A DNA stretch of 64,000 nt from an uncultured Candidatus Saccharibacteria bacterium (GCA_964483665.1 CAZACP010000003.1:29692-93691); one strand, 5' to 3'. Positions 26,153-36,341 are shown, counted from the stretch's first letter. Numbers and translations: made by a program. Notes: generated by a model not told the origin, from the sequence alone.

Positions 26153-26854
26153 TTAATTTTTATATATAAAATCTTTTAACTCGAAAATTACGTCTTTACG
26201 TTCTACTACAATTTGCCAGGCTTTTTTCTTGGCAATTTTGGCTAAGTGTAAGTTAGGGTTAAAGGCTATGGGCTTGCCTACCAAGTTAAGCATATTTACA
26301 TCACCTTCTGTGTCCCCCACAGCTATGGATTTTTTGAAATCCGCTTTAGGATATTTTTTTACAAGCCCTAAAATTACCCCAGCCTTGTTAAAAGCAGAAT
26401 CTAAATTCACGACCTTGCCTGTGAATTTGTTGTTTATTACTTCTAACTGCGTGCCGAAACACGCGTTAAACCCTATGGCTTTGGCATACGCCTCTACTAT
26501 ATAGTCAGGCGAGCCGGACACGGCTACTAAAAAGTAGCCTTGTTTTTTTAACTTTTTTATTAAATTTCTAGTAAACCGGTATGTTCTGTCTTTTTGTAAA
26601 AAAATTACCCTGTCTGCTACGCGCTTAACTTGGCTGAACTGCTTACCCTTTATGTATTTAATGTAAATCTTAACTACTTTGTTTATGTACGCCTCATAAC
26701 TGCCTTTTCGGTTTAGCCAGGCTAAGTATTCTTTTTCTATTTCAGTTTGTGATGTTTTAGGAAATATTCCGGCCACCACCAAAGCCTGGCAAAGCTGAAT
26801 TACCAAACTGGAGCGAAATATTGTACCGTCTATGTCAAAAATTGCTAGTTTCAA
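26153..26854 (-). CDS. HAD-superfamily hydrolase (subfamily IB, phosphoserine-phosphatase-like)
   Basis: Motif I IFDIDGTIF; motif IV GDTEGDVNML. Confidence 0.8.
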   Translation of the reverse strand: MKLAIFDIDGTIFRSSLVIQLCQALVVAGIFPKTSQTEIEKEYLAWLNRKGSYEAYINKVVKIYIKYIKGKQFSQVKRVADRVIFLQKDRTYRFTRNLIKKLKKQGYFLVAVSGSPDYIVEAYAKAIGFNACFGTQLEVINNKFTGKVVNLDSAFNKAGVILGLVKKYPKADFKKSIAVGDTEGDVNMLNLVGKPIAFNPNLHLAKIAKKKAWQIVVERKDVIFELKDFIYKN

Positions 26855-27112
26855 AAGTTTACATTTTAATCTCTCTCCCCAGGATTTGGGGAGAGTTGGA
26901 GAGAGGTCGATATAGCTTTAAAGCTACAGAACTACTAAATATAATACACTACAGAAACCTACAGAATTTATAGATTTGTGTAATGTACGTAGATTTTACA
27001 TTTTGTAAGTATATTATAGAACTTTTATAGGCAAAAGAAAACGAGCCGCGCGGTGTGTCCGCACGACTCATAAAGGGTGCCTCCGACCCGATCGGTCTGC
27101 GGTTCTTCTAAC

Positions 27113-27415
27113 CTAAAACAAACCGTCAGACGGCCGTCTTTTCCGCCAACCCATAGAACCACTGTGAACAAGGTCACTCTGTTTCTCATAAATAACAGTG
27201 GTCGAGCTTGGCGCACTGCATTCTTGCCCCGTCAAATCCCAATGCGTCCAAATCCATGAAAAGACGAGAATCACACCAGCTCCGGTAGCCAGAAGATGAA
27301 AAGCCTTCAGTGTCCAGAGTCCGCCTTGGCGGATTTGCCCAAAGGCATCGACTCCGCCATACACAACAAACACCAACAAAGCCACAAAAAGCGCCCGTTT
27401 CAGCACCGTCTTCAT
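27113..27415 (-). CDS. Small 2-TM membrane protein (GC-rich island), hypothetical
   Basis: AAGGAG Shine-Dalgarno precedes the internal Met MKTVLKRALFVALLVFVVYGG...; the ORF track's longer 181-aa version lacks a Shine-Dalgarno. Confidence 0.4.
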   Translation of the reverse strand: MKTVLKRALFVALLVFVVYGGVDAFGQIRQGGLWTLKAFHLLATGAGVILVFSWIWTHWDLTGQECSAPSSTTVIYEKQSDLVHSGSMGWRKRRPSDGLF

Positions 27416-28079
27416 TAACCCACTCCTTTCAAAGAAAATGACCACGATGCACAATAACACTCGTGGATAGCTTAAATTTTGAATAATTTCTACTCTTATG
27501 TCAATCCCCCTGCTGCTTGACAGGCAAAAGTAAAAGGCGCTGGGGAAACGAAAATAGAACTCGTTCCCAGCGCCCGGGTTTGCGGTTGCGAATTCGCGAG
27601 CCGTAGATGTTAGAAACACCGACGACCCACGTTTGAAAGAAACCATAACAGCCGCCACAGACGTACTTTCAGCGGTGTATGCATTATCCCCTCCCCGGCC
27701 GGCAGAATCTAAACAATGTAATGCTCCAACTCAGCCGGAACCGAATTCGCTTTTTGCGCTTTACAAGCGCATAAACGTCATTGAAAAAATCAATCGCCCA
27801 CCCGCGTGGATAGCTCCCCACTACAAACAAAAAATCTCTCACTGTACTATCTTTTTCCATGGGACCTCCCATTCCCAACAAGTTTAGCAAAATACATTAG
27901 ACTTGTCTAAAAATTCATTAATTTGACTAAAAATTATTTTTTCAGTAAACTTCGTATATCTTTCGCACATGCTCAGTATGTGCGTAGTAGTACGTTTCTC
28001 CGCAAGGAGAACCTCTAACGTACTTCTGGTCCGTTGCCCCAGCCATAGAGGTGGCTGGACTTTCAACAAGGAGTGGAAA

Positions 28080-28772
28080 ATGTCAGATTTTCGCAAGCTG
28101 TTACTTGCGTTCGCTGCAGTGACCCTCTTCGCAGGGATTGCCAGTGCCGGCCCCGCGCCGGCGCTCAACCACACCGCCCAACCCTTTTCGGTGCGGGATG
28201 ATGCCACCAGCGCTATCGCGCCAGACATCATTTCCATCGATGTTAAGATGAATCAGTTCTTCTCGGTTTGCGGCGCAGGTCTCCAGGCGCCGGCGTGGTT
28301 GAATGAATCGGGGTTGTCAGTGATGGACAACGCCCAGTCGCTGAATATCGGTGCTCCGGCGCTTCCGCCGGCACCGAATATCGCCGCTCTCGAATCCGGT
28401 ACCGCTGTCGCTTCCGGCAACGCCCCGATTATCGCGAACACAGGCCAGACCACGTTGTCTGCGCCTTCCGCCCAGGCTACCGGCACTACTGCCGCTACGC
28501 CCGCCAACCTGCTGAACTCGAATTCCGCTAAGAATACGGCTAACCTACTGAGCCAAACGACGCTGGGTTCGAATATCCTGAACGGCACAGCCAACACCAA
28601 CAACCAATTCGCGGTTGTCGACGGTAACCCTGCAGCCGACTCTTCTGTTCTTTTCAACGCTGACGCACCAGACGCCTCTACGAGCGCTGGTCAGACTGCC
28701 GTTGCAACCCATCTCGCTGCCCCTGCACAGGTCGCGAGAACAGCTCCAACGCATGCCGGCTCCGCCGGCTAA
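28080..28772 (+). CDS. Secreted low-complexity Ala/Asn/Thr/Ser-rich protein (GC-rich island)
   Basis: AAGGAG Shine-Dalgarno, then MSDFRKLLLAFAAVTLFAGIASA signal peptide; the ORF track start at 27969 is upstream and in frame. Confidence 0.5.
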   Translation: MSDFRKLLLAFAAVTLFAGIASAGPAPALNHTAQPFSVRDDATSAIAPDIISIDVKMNQFFSVCGAGLQAPAWLNESGLSVMDNAQSLNIGAPALPPAPNIAALESGTAVASGNAPIIANTGQTTLSAPSAQATGTTAATPANLLNSNSAKNTANLLSQTTLGSNILNGTANTNNQFAVVDGNPAADSSVLFNADAPDASTSAGQTAVATHLAAPAQVARTAPTHAGSAG

Positions 28773-28794
28773 CAGCAGCGAAAAGCCCCGCAGG

Positions 28795-28830
28795 GCGCCT
28801 TCCTCACGGACGGCGCCCTCGGTTTTTTTT
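28795..28830 (+). terminator. Rho-independent terminator
   Basis: cagggcgccttcctcacggacggcgccctcggtttttttt. Confidence 0.75.
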
Positions 28831-28961
28831 ATTTTACTATTTATATATCTGTGTTCTCTGTGTAAAAAAAACTGTGTATATTTGACAAAATATTTATTCT
28901 GCTTTAGTATTTATTTTACGTAGCCCCCAAGGGGGCAACTATAGACACAAGGAGTGTATGT

Positions 28962-29075
28962 ATGAAGCGTTTAAAGATGGCCGGTGCCGCGCGCGCCCAC
29001 AAGGATGTCACTCAGGTTCATGGCGTTCTCGAGGACATTCTCGAAGCGAACGCGGGCACGAAGTCCGACGTCTAG
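28962..29075 (+). CDS. Possible 37-aa small protein MKRLKMAGAARAHKDVTQVHGVLEDILEANAGTKSDV
   Basis: AAGGAG 7 nt upstream of the ATG; followed by the hairpin gggctcccgtagggagccc; below the ORF-track size cutoff. Confidence 0.3.
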   Translation: MKRLKMAGAARAHKDVTQVHGVLEDILEANAGTKSDV

Positions 29076-29392
29076 TTCATCCTGGCTCGGCGCCGCAAGG
29101 CGTCAGAGGGGCTCCCGTAGGGAGCCCTTCAATCATACGTTCATATTATACAGCTCTCATACCCAGATGAGAGGCGGCGGGGTAACACCCGCCGTGACCA
29201 GCTAGCAGCATCCCCTCGCACAAACCCGGAACGAAAGTTCTGCCCAAGCACCCTTACCAGGGCTAAGCAGAACCTTCGTTTCCGGGTTCGTTTTTTACCT
29301 AAAAAATTTTAAAGGCTCAATCGGAGTGAGCCTTTAAAATAGTAAAAACGCCCAAAGCAAAACTGTGCTTTAGATTTTAAAAAACCTAAGAC

Positions 29393-29560
29393 TTACAGGC
29401 TGACTGAAAGGCTTAAAGCTTTACCTATATAGTACGGCCAAATTACCAGCGCCAAAACGCCCTGCCAAAAACTTAAACCCAAAAACCCAATGCTAAACAG
29501 CCAGCCCATAAACCACAAGCTGCCGGTAAAAGTATGATTTTCAATTTTAATTTTTTCCAT
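29393..29560 (-). CDS. Possible 55-aa small membrane protein
   Basis: The ATG lies 1 nt after the stop of the upstream gene. MEKIKIENHTFTGSLWFMGWLFSIGFLGLSFWQGVLALVIWPYYIGKALSLSVSL has two hydrophobic helices, and a terminator hairpin (29308-29335) follows on the minus strand. Confidence 0.35.
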   Translation of the reverse strand: MEKIKIENHTFTGSLWFMGWLFSIGFLGLSFWQGVLALVIWPYYIGKALSLSVSL

Positions 29561-29561
29561 A

Positions 29562-29798
29562 TTACAAATTTACTTCTTTTTTCTTGCTAAACCCAAAAAT
29601 ATAAACTATTTCTAAGAGCGCAAAAGTGTTTAAAATAAGCAAAGCCACAAACCAGCCTTTCTGGCTGTTTTGGGCCGCTTTGTAAAGCGCCACGCCTTTC
29701 CAAGGCAATGTCCACAAAACCAAGACTATAAGCATCCAGGGCTTAACCAAACCCAAGAACTCCCCGGGATTTAAAAAATAATTCATTTTTCTCACCAC
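29562..29798 (-). CDS. Small 2-TM membrane protein (DUF5652-like)
   Basis: MVRKMNYFLNPGEFLGLVKPWMLIVLVLWTLPWKGVALYKAAQNSQKGWFVALLILNTFALLEIVYIF. Confidence 0.5.
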   Translation of the reverse strand: MVRKMNYFLNPGEFLGLVKPWMLIVLVLWTLPWKGVALYKAAQNSQKGWFVALLILNTFALLEIVYIFGFSKKKEVNL

Positions 29799-29815
29799 CT
29801 TTCTTTAAGAAAAGT

Positions 29816-30625
29816 TTAATTTGGAACAGACATATTTTTCACGCCACTCGCGAAAATTTGGCTTTTGCCTGAAATATGCTTACCTTTAACCTTAACCTGC
29901 TGACCCACCTTAAGTTCAGCGGCAGAAATTTTGTTGCCGTTTTTATTTTGAAATGCGGCACCGGAAATATCTACCCCATAAATCACTCCCCCATTAGCCA
30001 CCACGCTTATTCCTCCCGGCATAGTCATAGAAACTGTCCCGCTAATTTCTATATTTACCAGTCGAACGGTTACCAGCACCTGTTTGGCAAAAATATTGGT
30101 TTTGTCCCTTTCCCATAAACCCTTTACAGAAACACTAACTCCGGGCTCAAGATCCGAAAGACGGGAGCTTGTGTTATTTTTTTTATAAATTGTAAAAACA
30201 TCACCTTGAACATTTAGCAAACCATAACTTGCGGTTTGCAGCTTAAAGCCCAAACCGTTTAAACTAACGCTATCTACTTTTCCGCTAAATGTCCCGCTAT
30301 GCGGGTACAGAGACATGTTTCTAACTAACTCCGCGTTAATGCTGTTGTCCGGCCAAACCAAACCTTTTATTTCTATTTTATCGCCTACTAAAATTTCGCC
30401 AAACTTCATTTCCGCGCCATATTTTTTTATTAGCTTTGCCTGCCAGGTTTGAGCAGTATAATTAGCCGCACTTGAAGTTTTTACAACTAAAATATTTTGA
30501 TAGGCTTGTGTTATTATGCCGCTTACAGTCTTTTGTTTCGGGGCAATTTCTGCCGCAAAACAAAGACCGGGTATTATAAAACCAATTAGGGTTAATAACG
30601 CGGGCATTTTTAAAATTTTTTTCAT
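29816..30625 (-). CDS. Secreted hypothetical protein (signal peptide)
   Basis: MKKILKMPALLTLIGFIIPGLCFAAE signal peptide; repeated VxVKG beta-rich segments. Confidence 0.55.
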   Translation of the reverse strand: MKKILKMPALLTLIGFIIPGLCFAAEIAPKQKTVSGIITQAYQNILVVKTSSAANYTAQTWQAKLIKKYGAEMKFGEILVGDKIEIKGLVWPDNSINAELVRNMSLYPHSGTFSGKVDSVSLNGLGFKLQTASYGLLNVQGDVFTIYKKNNTSSRLSDLEPGVSVSVKGLWERDKTNIFAKQVLVTVRLVNIEISGTVSMTMPGGISVVANGGVIYGVDISGAAFQNKNGNKISAAELKVGQQVKVKGKHISGKSQIFASGVKNMSVPN

Positions 30626-30636
30626 AAAATTTTAAA

Positions 30637-31731
30637 TTACTGATATTGAATATAAAGCGGAATTGGCGAAAGTTTAAGCAGCCTTTCGGGACTTAACAGC
30701 GTATTGCCTTTGACTGAGTCGTTTTTATAAAAAATTTTAAAGCCGGTAAACTCTACCGGTTCTTTTGCCACATACTGCTGGTAAGTATTTATTTTGTTGC
30801 CGCCCGCGCCAAAACCGTCCATATTTACAACTATTTGCACTTCGGGCAAAGGCGCAATGTTTTTAGAGTTTGTCAGCATAGGCTTGGTAAAACGGTGTAC
30901 GACTAAAATTTTCGGCGGTAAATTGTTTTCTTTGACTATTTTGGCCAAATATTCCGCGGCAAAGTTTATGTCCATGGCGTCTAAGCTGCCAATTTTAGTA
31001 CCCGGCTTTGCCCCGCCGTGCATAGCGAATTCCGGATCTATGCCCAAATGCACACTAGAAAGCTTTAAATATTTTTCAAGTAGCGGCGCCTCAATCTGCA
31101 CGCTGCTTAAACCAACCTGTATGTCTAAAAAGACAATAGCGTTTATTTTTTTTGCCATTTCCAAAACCTTGTCTATTTCTTTGTCCGGCATACGCGCCCG
31201 GTATTTGCCGTCATGACCCGGACCTCCTTGCGCTACGACCGCAATGTAATGCAAAGCCGGCACTACAGGAGTGTTTGGGTCAGCCTCTTGCCATTTTTTT
31301 ACTTCTATTTTCAATTTTTCCAAAACCACTTCTTCTGGGTACTCCCCTAAAATTCCCATACCTTTGGAATACAAATTGCCGTAATACGCCACAATGCGGT
31401 TAAAAGGAAGCAATGCTCCTGGGTTTGGGTACGCGGTTTTTACCGGCCACAAACTTTGCAAAACAGATGTAGCAGAGCTTGAAGCGATTTGAATATTGGC
31501 AATTTCCAAAAGTTTTTTGTCGTAATCCGCAAAACTAAAACTAGCGGGCTTTTCTTGTTCTTGGTTTTGATTTTGTGTTTCAGCTGATTTTACCTTAGGC
31601 TCCTCTTTTTCGTTTTTCTGCCAACGGCTATAAAAATAAAAAATCCCTACTATTAAAACTAGTAAGGCTAAAATTATATAAATAGCTTTATTTTTCGGCT
31701 GGTTAGGATTTTGCCAAGGCTGGCTGTCCAT
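30637..31731 (-). CDS. Membrane-anchored hypothetical protein (possible glycoside-hydrolase-like TIM-barrel domain, DUF4015-like)
   Basis: N-terminal TM IYIILALLVLIVGIFYFY; no catalytic motif confidently recognised. Confidence 0.45.
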   Translation of the reverse strand: MDSQPWQNPNQPKNKAIYIILALLVLIVGIFYFYSRWQKNEKEEPKVKSAETQNQNQEQEKPASFSFADYDKKLLEIANIQIASSSATSVLQSLWPVKTAYPNPGALLPFNRIVAYYGNLYSKGMGILGEYPEEVVLEKLKIEVKKWQEADPNTPVVPALHYIAVVAQGGPGHDGKYRARMPDKEIDKVLEMAKKINAIVFLDIQVGLSSVQIEAPLLEKYLKLSSVHLGIDPEFAMHGGAKPGTKIGSLDAMDINFAAEYLAKIVKENNLPPKILVVHRFTKPMLTNSKNIAPLPEVQIVVNMDGFGAGGNKINTYQQYVAKEPVEFTGFKIFYKNDSVKGNTLLSPERLLKLSPIPLYIQYQ

Positions 31732-31763
31732 ACCTTAAGTATAGCAAATATTTATTTTTAGTT

Positions 31764-32981
31764 TTACTTTACAATCTCATTTAACTCAACTTGGCCAACT
31801 GCTTGTAATACCGCAAATTTAACTACGCCCAGAGTCTGGCCGCGGCTGGTTTTTACCAAAACCCGCCATTTGCCTTCTGCTACTACTGTTTTATAGGAAT
31901 AACCTCTAAAACCCTCTTTTCTTCCGCCGGTTAAAGTAAAACTTAAGACATCTTTTTCAACCCACTCGCCTTTTTTTTGGTCGTAATATTGCCAATGGTG
32001 AAATATGGGCGCGTTTAAATTTTTTGGCGCGAAAATTGCGGTAAAAACATAAAGCCTTCCACCGGGGCTAAAATGAGCAGTCTGGCCGGGCCATATTTTG
32101 CTAAAAAAATTTTCCTTCTCTGCGCTTAAAACGTAACTGCCCCCAAGCCGCTTTAAATTGTGGTAAATCCCCGACTCCCTAAGTGCCAAAGGCACGGGCG
32201 GAATTAAATTTTTAAAATAAAAGAGGTTCATTACAGCGGCAATTAATATTGCAGATAAAAAAAGAGACGGTACTAGCCGGCGAGTTTGCGGCAGCAGCCA
32301 AAACAGTAAAAATAAATAAAAAAAGAAGGCTACTAAACTGGCTAAGCTTCCAAAAACAAAATATTTAGGCTCGACCGAATTAAACAAAAAAGGCAGCGCC
32401 ACCGAAGCAAAAGAAATTGTCCCAAAAAAATACACACCCAACTGAACCACGGGCTTAAAGAACCAATGCCGAAGCGCTTCATTGCCCACCATTAAAAATA
32501 CAAATAACAATATAAACGGCCAGCTCGAATAAAGGCTGCCGGAAAACCAATAAAAAATAAACGAATTGCTTAAAAGTCCGCCAAACAAAAACTGGGTAAT
32601 AAGCGGAGCAAACAGGCGCAGATACCTAAACTTTAAAGACACTTTGCCAAAGTCATAGGCATAGGTAAATAACACAATCAAACCCGCTAAAATCCAATAG
32701 GCAAACAAAAGCCAGAGCGCGGTATTAACCTGAATACTGACGAAAGTTATATAGTCGGCGACAAAACCGGTAAAAAGCGTGACCGGCATAAGCCAACGCT
32801 CGTAGCGCTTTAAAAAAGCCTTTAGCTCTGAAAACCGATTTTTTATTGCGTGTAAACGCTGGCGCATGTCTATGGTTAAAAATTTTACAGAACACCTGTA
32901 TTTATAGGTAAAATAGTTTATCCTTTTCCTAATATATATTATAAAGCATATAAAATTAAAAAAACAGCCGGCCTTTCGCAC
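31764..32981 (-). CDS. Polytopic membrane protein, hypothetical (C-terminal soluble DUF2914-like domain possible)
   Basis: At least 8 hydrophobic helices; the start is likely the internal MRQRLHAIKN. Confidence 0.5.
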   Translation of the reverse strand: MRKAGCFFNFICFIIYIRKRINYFTYKYRCSVKFLTIDMRQRLHAIKNRFSELKAFLKRYERWLMPVTLFTGFVADYITFVSIQVNTALWLLFAYWILAGLIVLFTYAYDFGKVSLKFRYLRLFAPLITQFLFGGLLSNSFIFYWFSGSLYSSWPFILLFVFLMVGNEALRHWFFKPVVQLGVYFFGTISFASVALPFLFNSVEPKYFVFGSLASLVAFFFYLFLLFWLLPQTRRLVPSLFLSAILIAAVMNLFYFKNLIPPVPLALRESGIYHNLKRLGGSYVLSAEKENFFSKIWPGQTAHFSPGGRLYVFTAIFAPKNLNAPIFHHWQYYDQKKGEWVEKDVLSFTLTGGRKEGFRGYSYKTVVAEGKWRVLVKTSRGQTLGVVKFAVLQAVGQVELNEIVK

Positions 32982-33001
32982 TCAGGCCGGCTGAAAAATT
33001 A

Positions 33002-33751
33002 TTATTTTACAATTACTGCCTCAATATATATTTTTAAAGTAAACAAGTCATCTATAAAAGAATCTGCGAGTTTACTGGAACCAAAATTAACACCCCACTT
33101 AGTTCTATCTAGCTTAGTTTCGCTTTGCATTGTTACCTTATCCCCCAAAAATGTAACCGTGCCGGGAAACACTACTTCTGCGGTTATACCTTTCATGGTA
33201 AGGCTTCCGGAAAATTCGTAATTTTGCGTTCCGCCACTATCTGAAACAAGCTTGGCCTGGGAAATTTTTAATTCTGAAGTTGGATATTGTTCAACATTAA
33301 AAAAATCTTCACTCTTTAGGTGTCCGGTAAGCTTGTCTTCGTCTTTACCTTTTCCGCTTTTGAGAGTTTTAATAGTTGCCATATCAATTATTGCCTCAGC
33401 CGATACGACTTTGTTGTCTTTAATTTCAGCCCTGCCCGACTTAATAGAAATACTCCCGGCATCTTCGTATCCCACAACCAAAGTCTTGCGGCCAATCCAA
33501 GCAAGCTTGGTATTTTCAGGGCTTAAGGCAACAGTTCCGCTGAAATTAGCGCTTGAATTAGTTTCTGCCTGGCTTTCGGCTGAAGATGTGTCCTGAATTG
33601 GACTAGCTTCCGCTGGAGTCGATTCCGCGCTTTGCAAATACTCATTGGCCGATTGCTGAGCCTGATGATTTGAGTATCTCGAATATAGATACATTCCCAA
33701 GACTAACAAAATTAAAATTAGTAAAAAACCCATTATGTACTTTTTATTCAT
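33002..33751 (-). CDS. YceI-like family protein with N-terminal membrane anchor
   Basis: ...AIIDMATIKTLKSGKGKDEDKLTGHLKSEDFFNVEQYPTSELKISQ...FSGSLTMKGITAEVVF matches YceI patterns (ID..S..T.....D..L.....FFD...YP, G.LT..GVT). Confidence 0.65.
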   Translation of the reverse strand: MNKKYIMGFLLILILLVLGMYLYSRYSNHQAQQSANEYLQSAESTPAEASPIQDTSSAESQAETNSSANFSGTVALSPENTKLAWIGRKTLVVGYEDAGSISIKSGRAEIKDNKVVSAEAIIDMATIKTLKSGKGKDEDKLTGHLKSEDFFNVEQYPTSELKISQAKLVSDSGGTQNYEFSGSLTMKGITAEVVFPGTVTFLGDKVTMQSETKLDRTKWGVNFGSSKLADSFIDDLFTLKIYIEAVIVK

Positions 33752-33844
33752 ATTTCTCCTTAGATTATTTTTATATTCGCAAGTATATCATATTCAACCT
33801 AACTCAGAACAGCCGCAACTCAATATTTCTAAAAAATAATTTAA

Positions 33845-33878
33845 AAATTAATAACCGGCCGCAACCCCACAGCAGCCG
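33845..33878 (-). terminator. Intrinsic terminator (aaccggccgc...gcagccggtt, then T-rich on the minus strand)
   Basis: Hairpin read directly; lies 3' of the 82-aa minus-strand ORF. Confidence 0.55.
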
Positions 33879-33916
33879 GTTTTAGACATGGGCGAAAGCC
33901 TCTCTACCGAAAAACG

Positions 33917-34165
33917 TTACCGCATTTCGTAGCGACGTCCACCGCCCAAAATGATACAAGCATTGAGATTATCAGTATACTCCACCGCCAGGAGCTTCTC
34001 ATACTCCCCGCCCAAAAGGCGGCCAACGCGCCTAACACAATCAAAAGCACGCTTGCCATATCTTACCTCTTTCCTCTTGCAGATTTTCCCGCCGGTGCCT
34101 GAACTCAGGCTTGGCAGAAATATATTGGCTATAAAACTTATAACCACCGGGCTTCTGCCAAACAC
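33917..34165 (-). CDS. Small hypothetical protein (82 aa)
   Basis: Preceded by the Shine-Dalgarno aggaaagagg and followed by a terminator; co-oriented with its neighbours. Confidence 0.45.
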   Translation of the reverse strand: MFGRSPVVISFIANIFLPSLSSGTGGKICKRKEVRYGKRAFDCVRRVGRLLGGEYEKLLAVEYTDNLNACIILGGGRRYEMR

Positions 34166-34177
34166 TGGTAATAAACT

Positions 34178-34522
34178 CTAATTTTTAACTCGCCTCAATT
34201 TGCCAATTAAGGAATGAATAATTGCGGCAAGAACAGACCAATACAAAATAAAATAAATACCAATAAACGGCGGGGGCGGATCTTCTTTTAAAATGTTAAC
34301 CGAAGGCAAGAGCAAAGGTCCGATAAAAACAATTTTTACGGGCACTAAAATTGTGGATACGGTATTTTTCCAAGGCACAGGCGAATTAGTTAACAAAAAC
34401 GTGTCCGGGTATTTAGGAAAACCCCTTACGCCGGCAGAACCCAGCAGCGAGGTGGTTATAAACATAAATACAAACCCGCAAACAATAAAATATATAACGA
34501 ATTTGACCCTGGAAACATTCAT
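34178..34522 (-). CDS. Hypothetical membrane protein (114 aa)
   Basis: Two or three hydrophobic segments; ORF track. Confidence 0.35.
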   Translation of the reverse strand: MNVSRVKFVIYFIVCGFVFMFITTSLLGSAGVRGFPKYPDTFLLTNSPVPWKNTVSTILVPVKIVFIGPLLLPSVNILKEDPPPPFIGIYFILYWSVLAAIIHSLIGKLRRVKN

Positions 34523-34654
34523 ACCGGTATTTTATCAAAAAACGGCGAACTTTAACAACGGCTTGTTTATTTTTTTACTTATTCTGCATAACTAGACCGG
34601 GGGAAAAAAGCAACCTATACAAAATAAGAATTAGTGCTACAATAGTTCATATAT

Positions 34655-35893
34655 ATGAATATAAGCAAATCTACCATAATTTCGTCCGTGGCGGTTGCAG
34701 CGGCAATTGTCGCCGGGGTTATAATTTATTTGCAGGATTTTGACGCGGAAAAAATTGCCTGCGAAGACATAGATTCAGCCCGCATAGAATTACAGGCCGC
34801 CTACGATTCGGGAGTGTCCGCCAGTGTACAAATTTACGCGGACGAAAAAGCCGCAATAGACGAAAGACTTAGCCAGTGTTTAAGCGCAAAACCAGTTGAC
34901 CCTTGCGCAAACTTACAGAGTACGCGCGACGCAAGCGTAAAAGCTTTTAACGACATAGTTTCTCCGCCGGACAACGCTTCCTACCAAGAGTTTCAAGTTT
35001 ATTTTAAAAAGCGCGACGACGCTTACAATAATTACAAAAAAGCCAAAGACGCTTTAGACCAATGCCGCGCGCAGAATCCTCCCAAAGCCGAAGCGCCTTA
35101 CGAGCAGTCAGATACCAAAGCCTGTTTTACAGCTTACGACTCCTCAGTCGCAGAAATGCGCAACACTTTTGACCATGACACGCATACAATGCGCACTGCT
35201 CTCAAAGCAGCTCTTAGTTCTTTAGATGCCAGAGAAAAAGCCTGCCACCCGCCCACAGGCAAAGAGAAGTTTACCGACCAAGCTCTTACTCAAGGAGCGA
35301 AGGAAGGCCATGTTGCCGAAGACTTAGTAAGCTGCCAGCCCATAAGCGAAAATTCAGACCCAGAACTTATAACACTTCGCAATAGAGCCGCAGCAATTCC
35401 GGGGGAAATTCAAACTGCGCAAACCAGTATGGACAATATAAAAAAACGGATGAGTCCGTTAAACCAAGCTTTAAGAGATGTAGATACTTACATTCCACCG
35501 GAAAGCGCCAAAACCCAGTTTGAAGGAACCTTAAATGCACTTAGAGCGGAGCGTAAAGTTGCAATAGAATCTTCCCTTGAGTTTTACAACACTATGCTGG
35601 TAAAAAGACTGGCTGAAAAAGCTGCTTTGGAAAAAGAACTTACCGATGTGAACGCTAAAATTGCTGCCAGGCTGGCAGAAATAAATAAGCAAAACCAGGA
35701 AAAAAGTAAAAAGTACCCAACAGCGCTCCACCAAGCCAAACCGGACAAATGCGAATACTACCATTGTCACGGTATGCTGTGCGGCAGGCCTGACCCAGAT
35801 TCAAACGCCTGCGGTCACGGCGCAACCACAGAGGCCGATGTAGACTGTAAACTCTTTTTAGACTCTTACTTTAAAGCCGCAGGAGCCAAATAA
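34655..35893 (+). CDS. Membrane-anchored Cys-containing hypothetical protein (412 aa), coiled-coil rich
   Basis: TM IISSVAVAAAIVAGVIIYL; C-terminal CEYYHCHGMLCGRPDPDSNACGHG cysteine cluster. Confidence 0.55.
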   Translation: MNISKSTIISSVAVAAAIVAGVIIYLQDFDAEKIACEDIDSARIELQAAYDSGVSASVQIYADEKAAIDERLSQCLSAKPVDPCANLQSTRDASVKAFNDIVSPPDNASYQEFQVYFKKRDDAYNNYKKAKDALDQCRAQNPPKAEAPYEQSDTKACFTAYDSSVAEMRNTFDHDTHTMRTALKAALSSLDAREKACHPPTGKEKFTDQALTQGAKEGHVAEDLVSCQPISENSDPELITLRNRAAAIPGEIQTAQTSMDNIKKRMSPLNQALRDVDTYIPPESAKTQFEGTLNALRAERKVAIESSLEFYNTMLVKRLAEKAALEKELTDVNAKIAARLAEINKQNQEKSKKYPTALHQAKPDKCEYYHCHGMLCGRPDPDSNACGHGATTEADVDCKLFLDSYFKAAGAK

Positions 35894-36094
35894 TTTTTTG
35901 TCTTTGAATTACAAACAGCAAAATTTTAGTGTTCGACCTTGTGGAGAACCTAAAATTTTAATCTAAATATGAAAGTACTGTTCTCCATAGAGCCTGCCCC
36001 GTACTAGATGCGGGGTCGAAAAGTATTGAGCTTCATAATTCACAATTTTTCTGCTCAAGACCAGCGGGATTTAGTTGAACAATATGAACAAACA

Positions 36095-36122
36095 AAAAAA
36101 CCGGCATAAGCCGGTTTTTTTA
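36095..36122. terminator. Bidirectional intrinsic terminator, aaaaaaaccggcataagccggttttttta
   Basis: Perfect 8-bp GC stem with a U-run on both strands, between convergent genes. Confidence 0.8.
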
Positions 36123-36341
36123 ATGTTAAATAATTTTTACAGAAACAAAAGTTAAGTTAATATAGAGCAACCCAGCAGTTAAAATGTTTTTCTTAGCCTC
36201 GACACAGATGTTGTATTTGTATTCACGATTTAACTATACAGGAGATGGGGGTAAATAGATATGGGGGAATAATGGGTCACGTCACAATTTTACCCATTTA
36301 GAATTATTTAGTAAGGCGGATTGTTTAAAAAATTAAGAGTA

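Noticed and set aside
27633-27890. Two mutually overlapping small ORFs (plus 27633-27887, minus 27684-27890) in the GC-rich island
   Set aside because: I cannot decide between them by eye. The minus ORF has a GGGAGG only 4 nt from the ATG and the plus ORF has no Shine-Dalgarno, so both are left unannotated.
33752-34177. A 425-bp gap initially suspected to be a structured ncRNA (SRP or RNase P-like)
   Set aside because: No conserved SRP or RNase P motifs are present. The gap instead contains a Shine-Dalgarno-preceded 82-aa minus-strand ORF (33917-34165) followed by a terminator hairpin.
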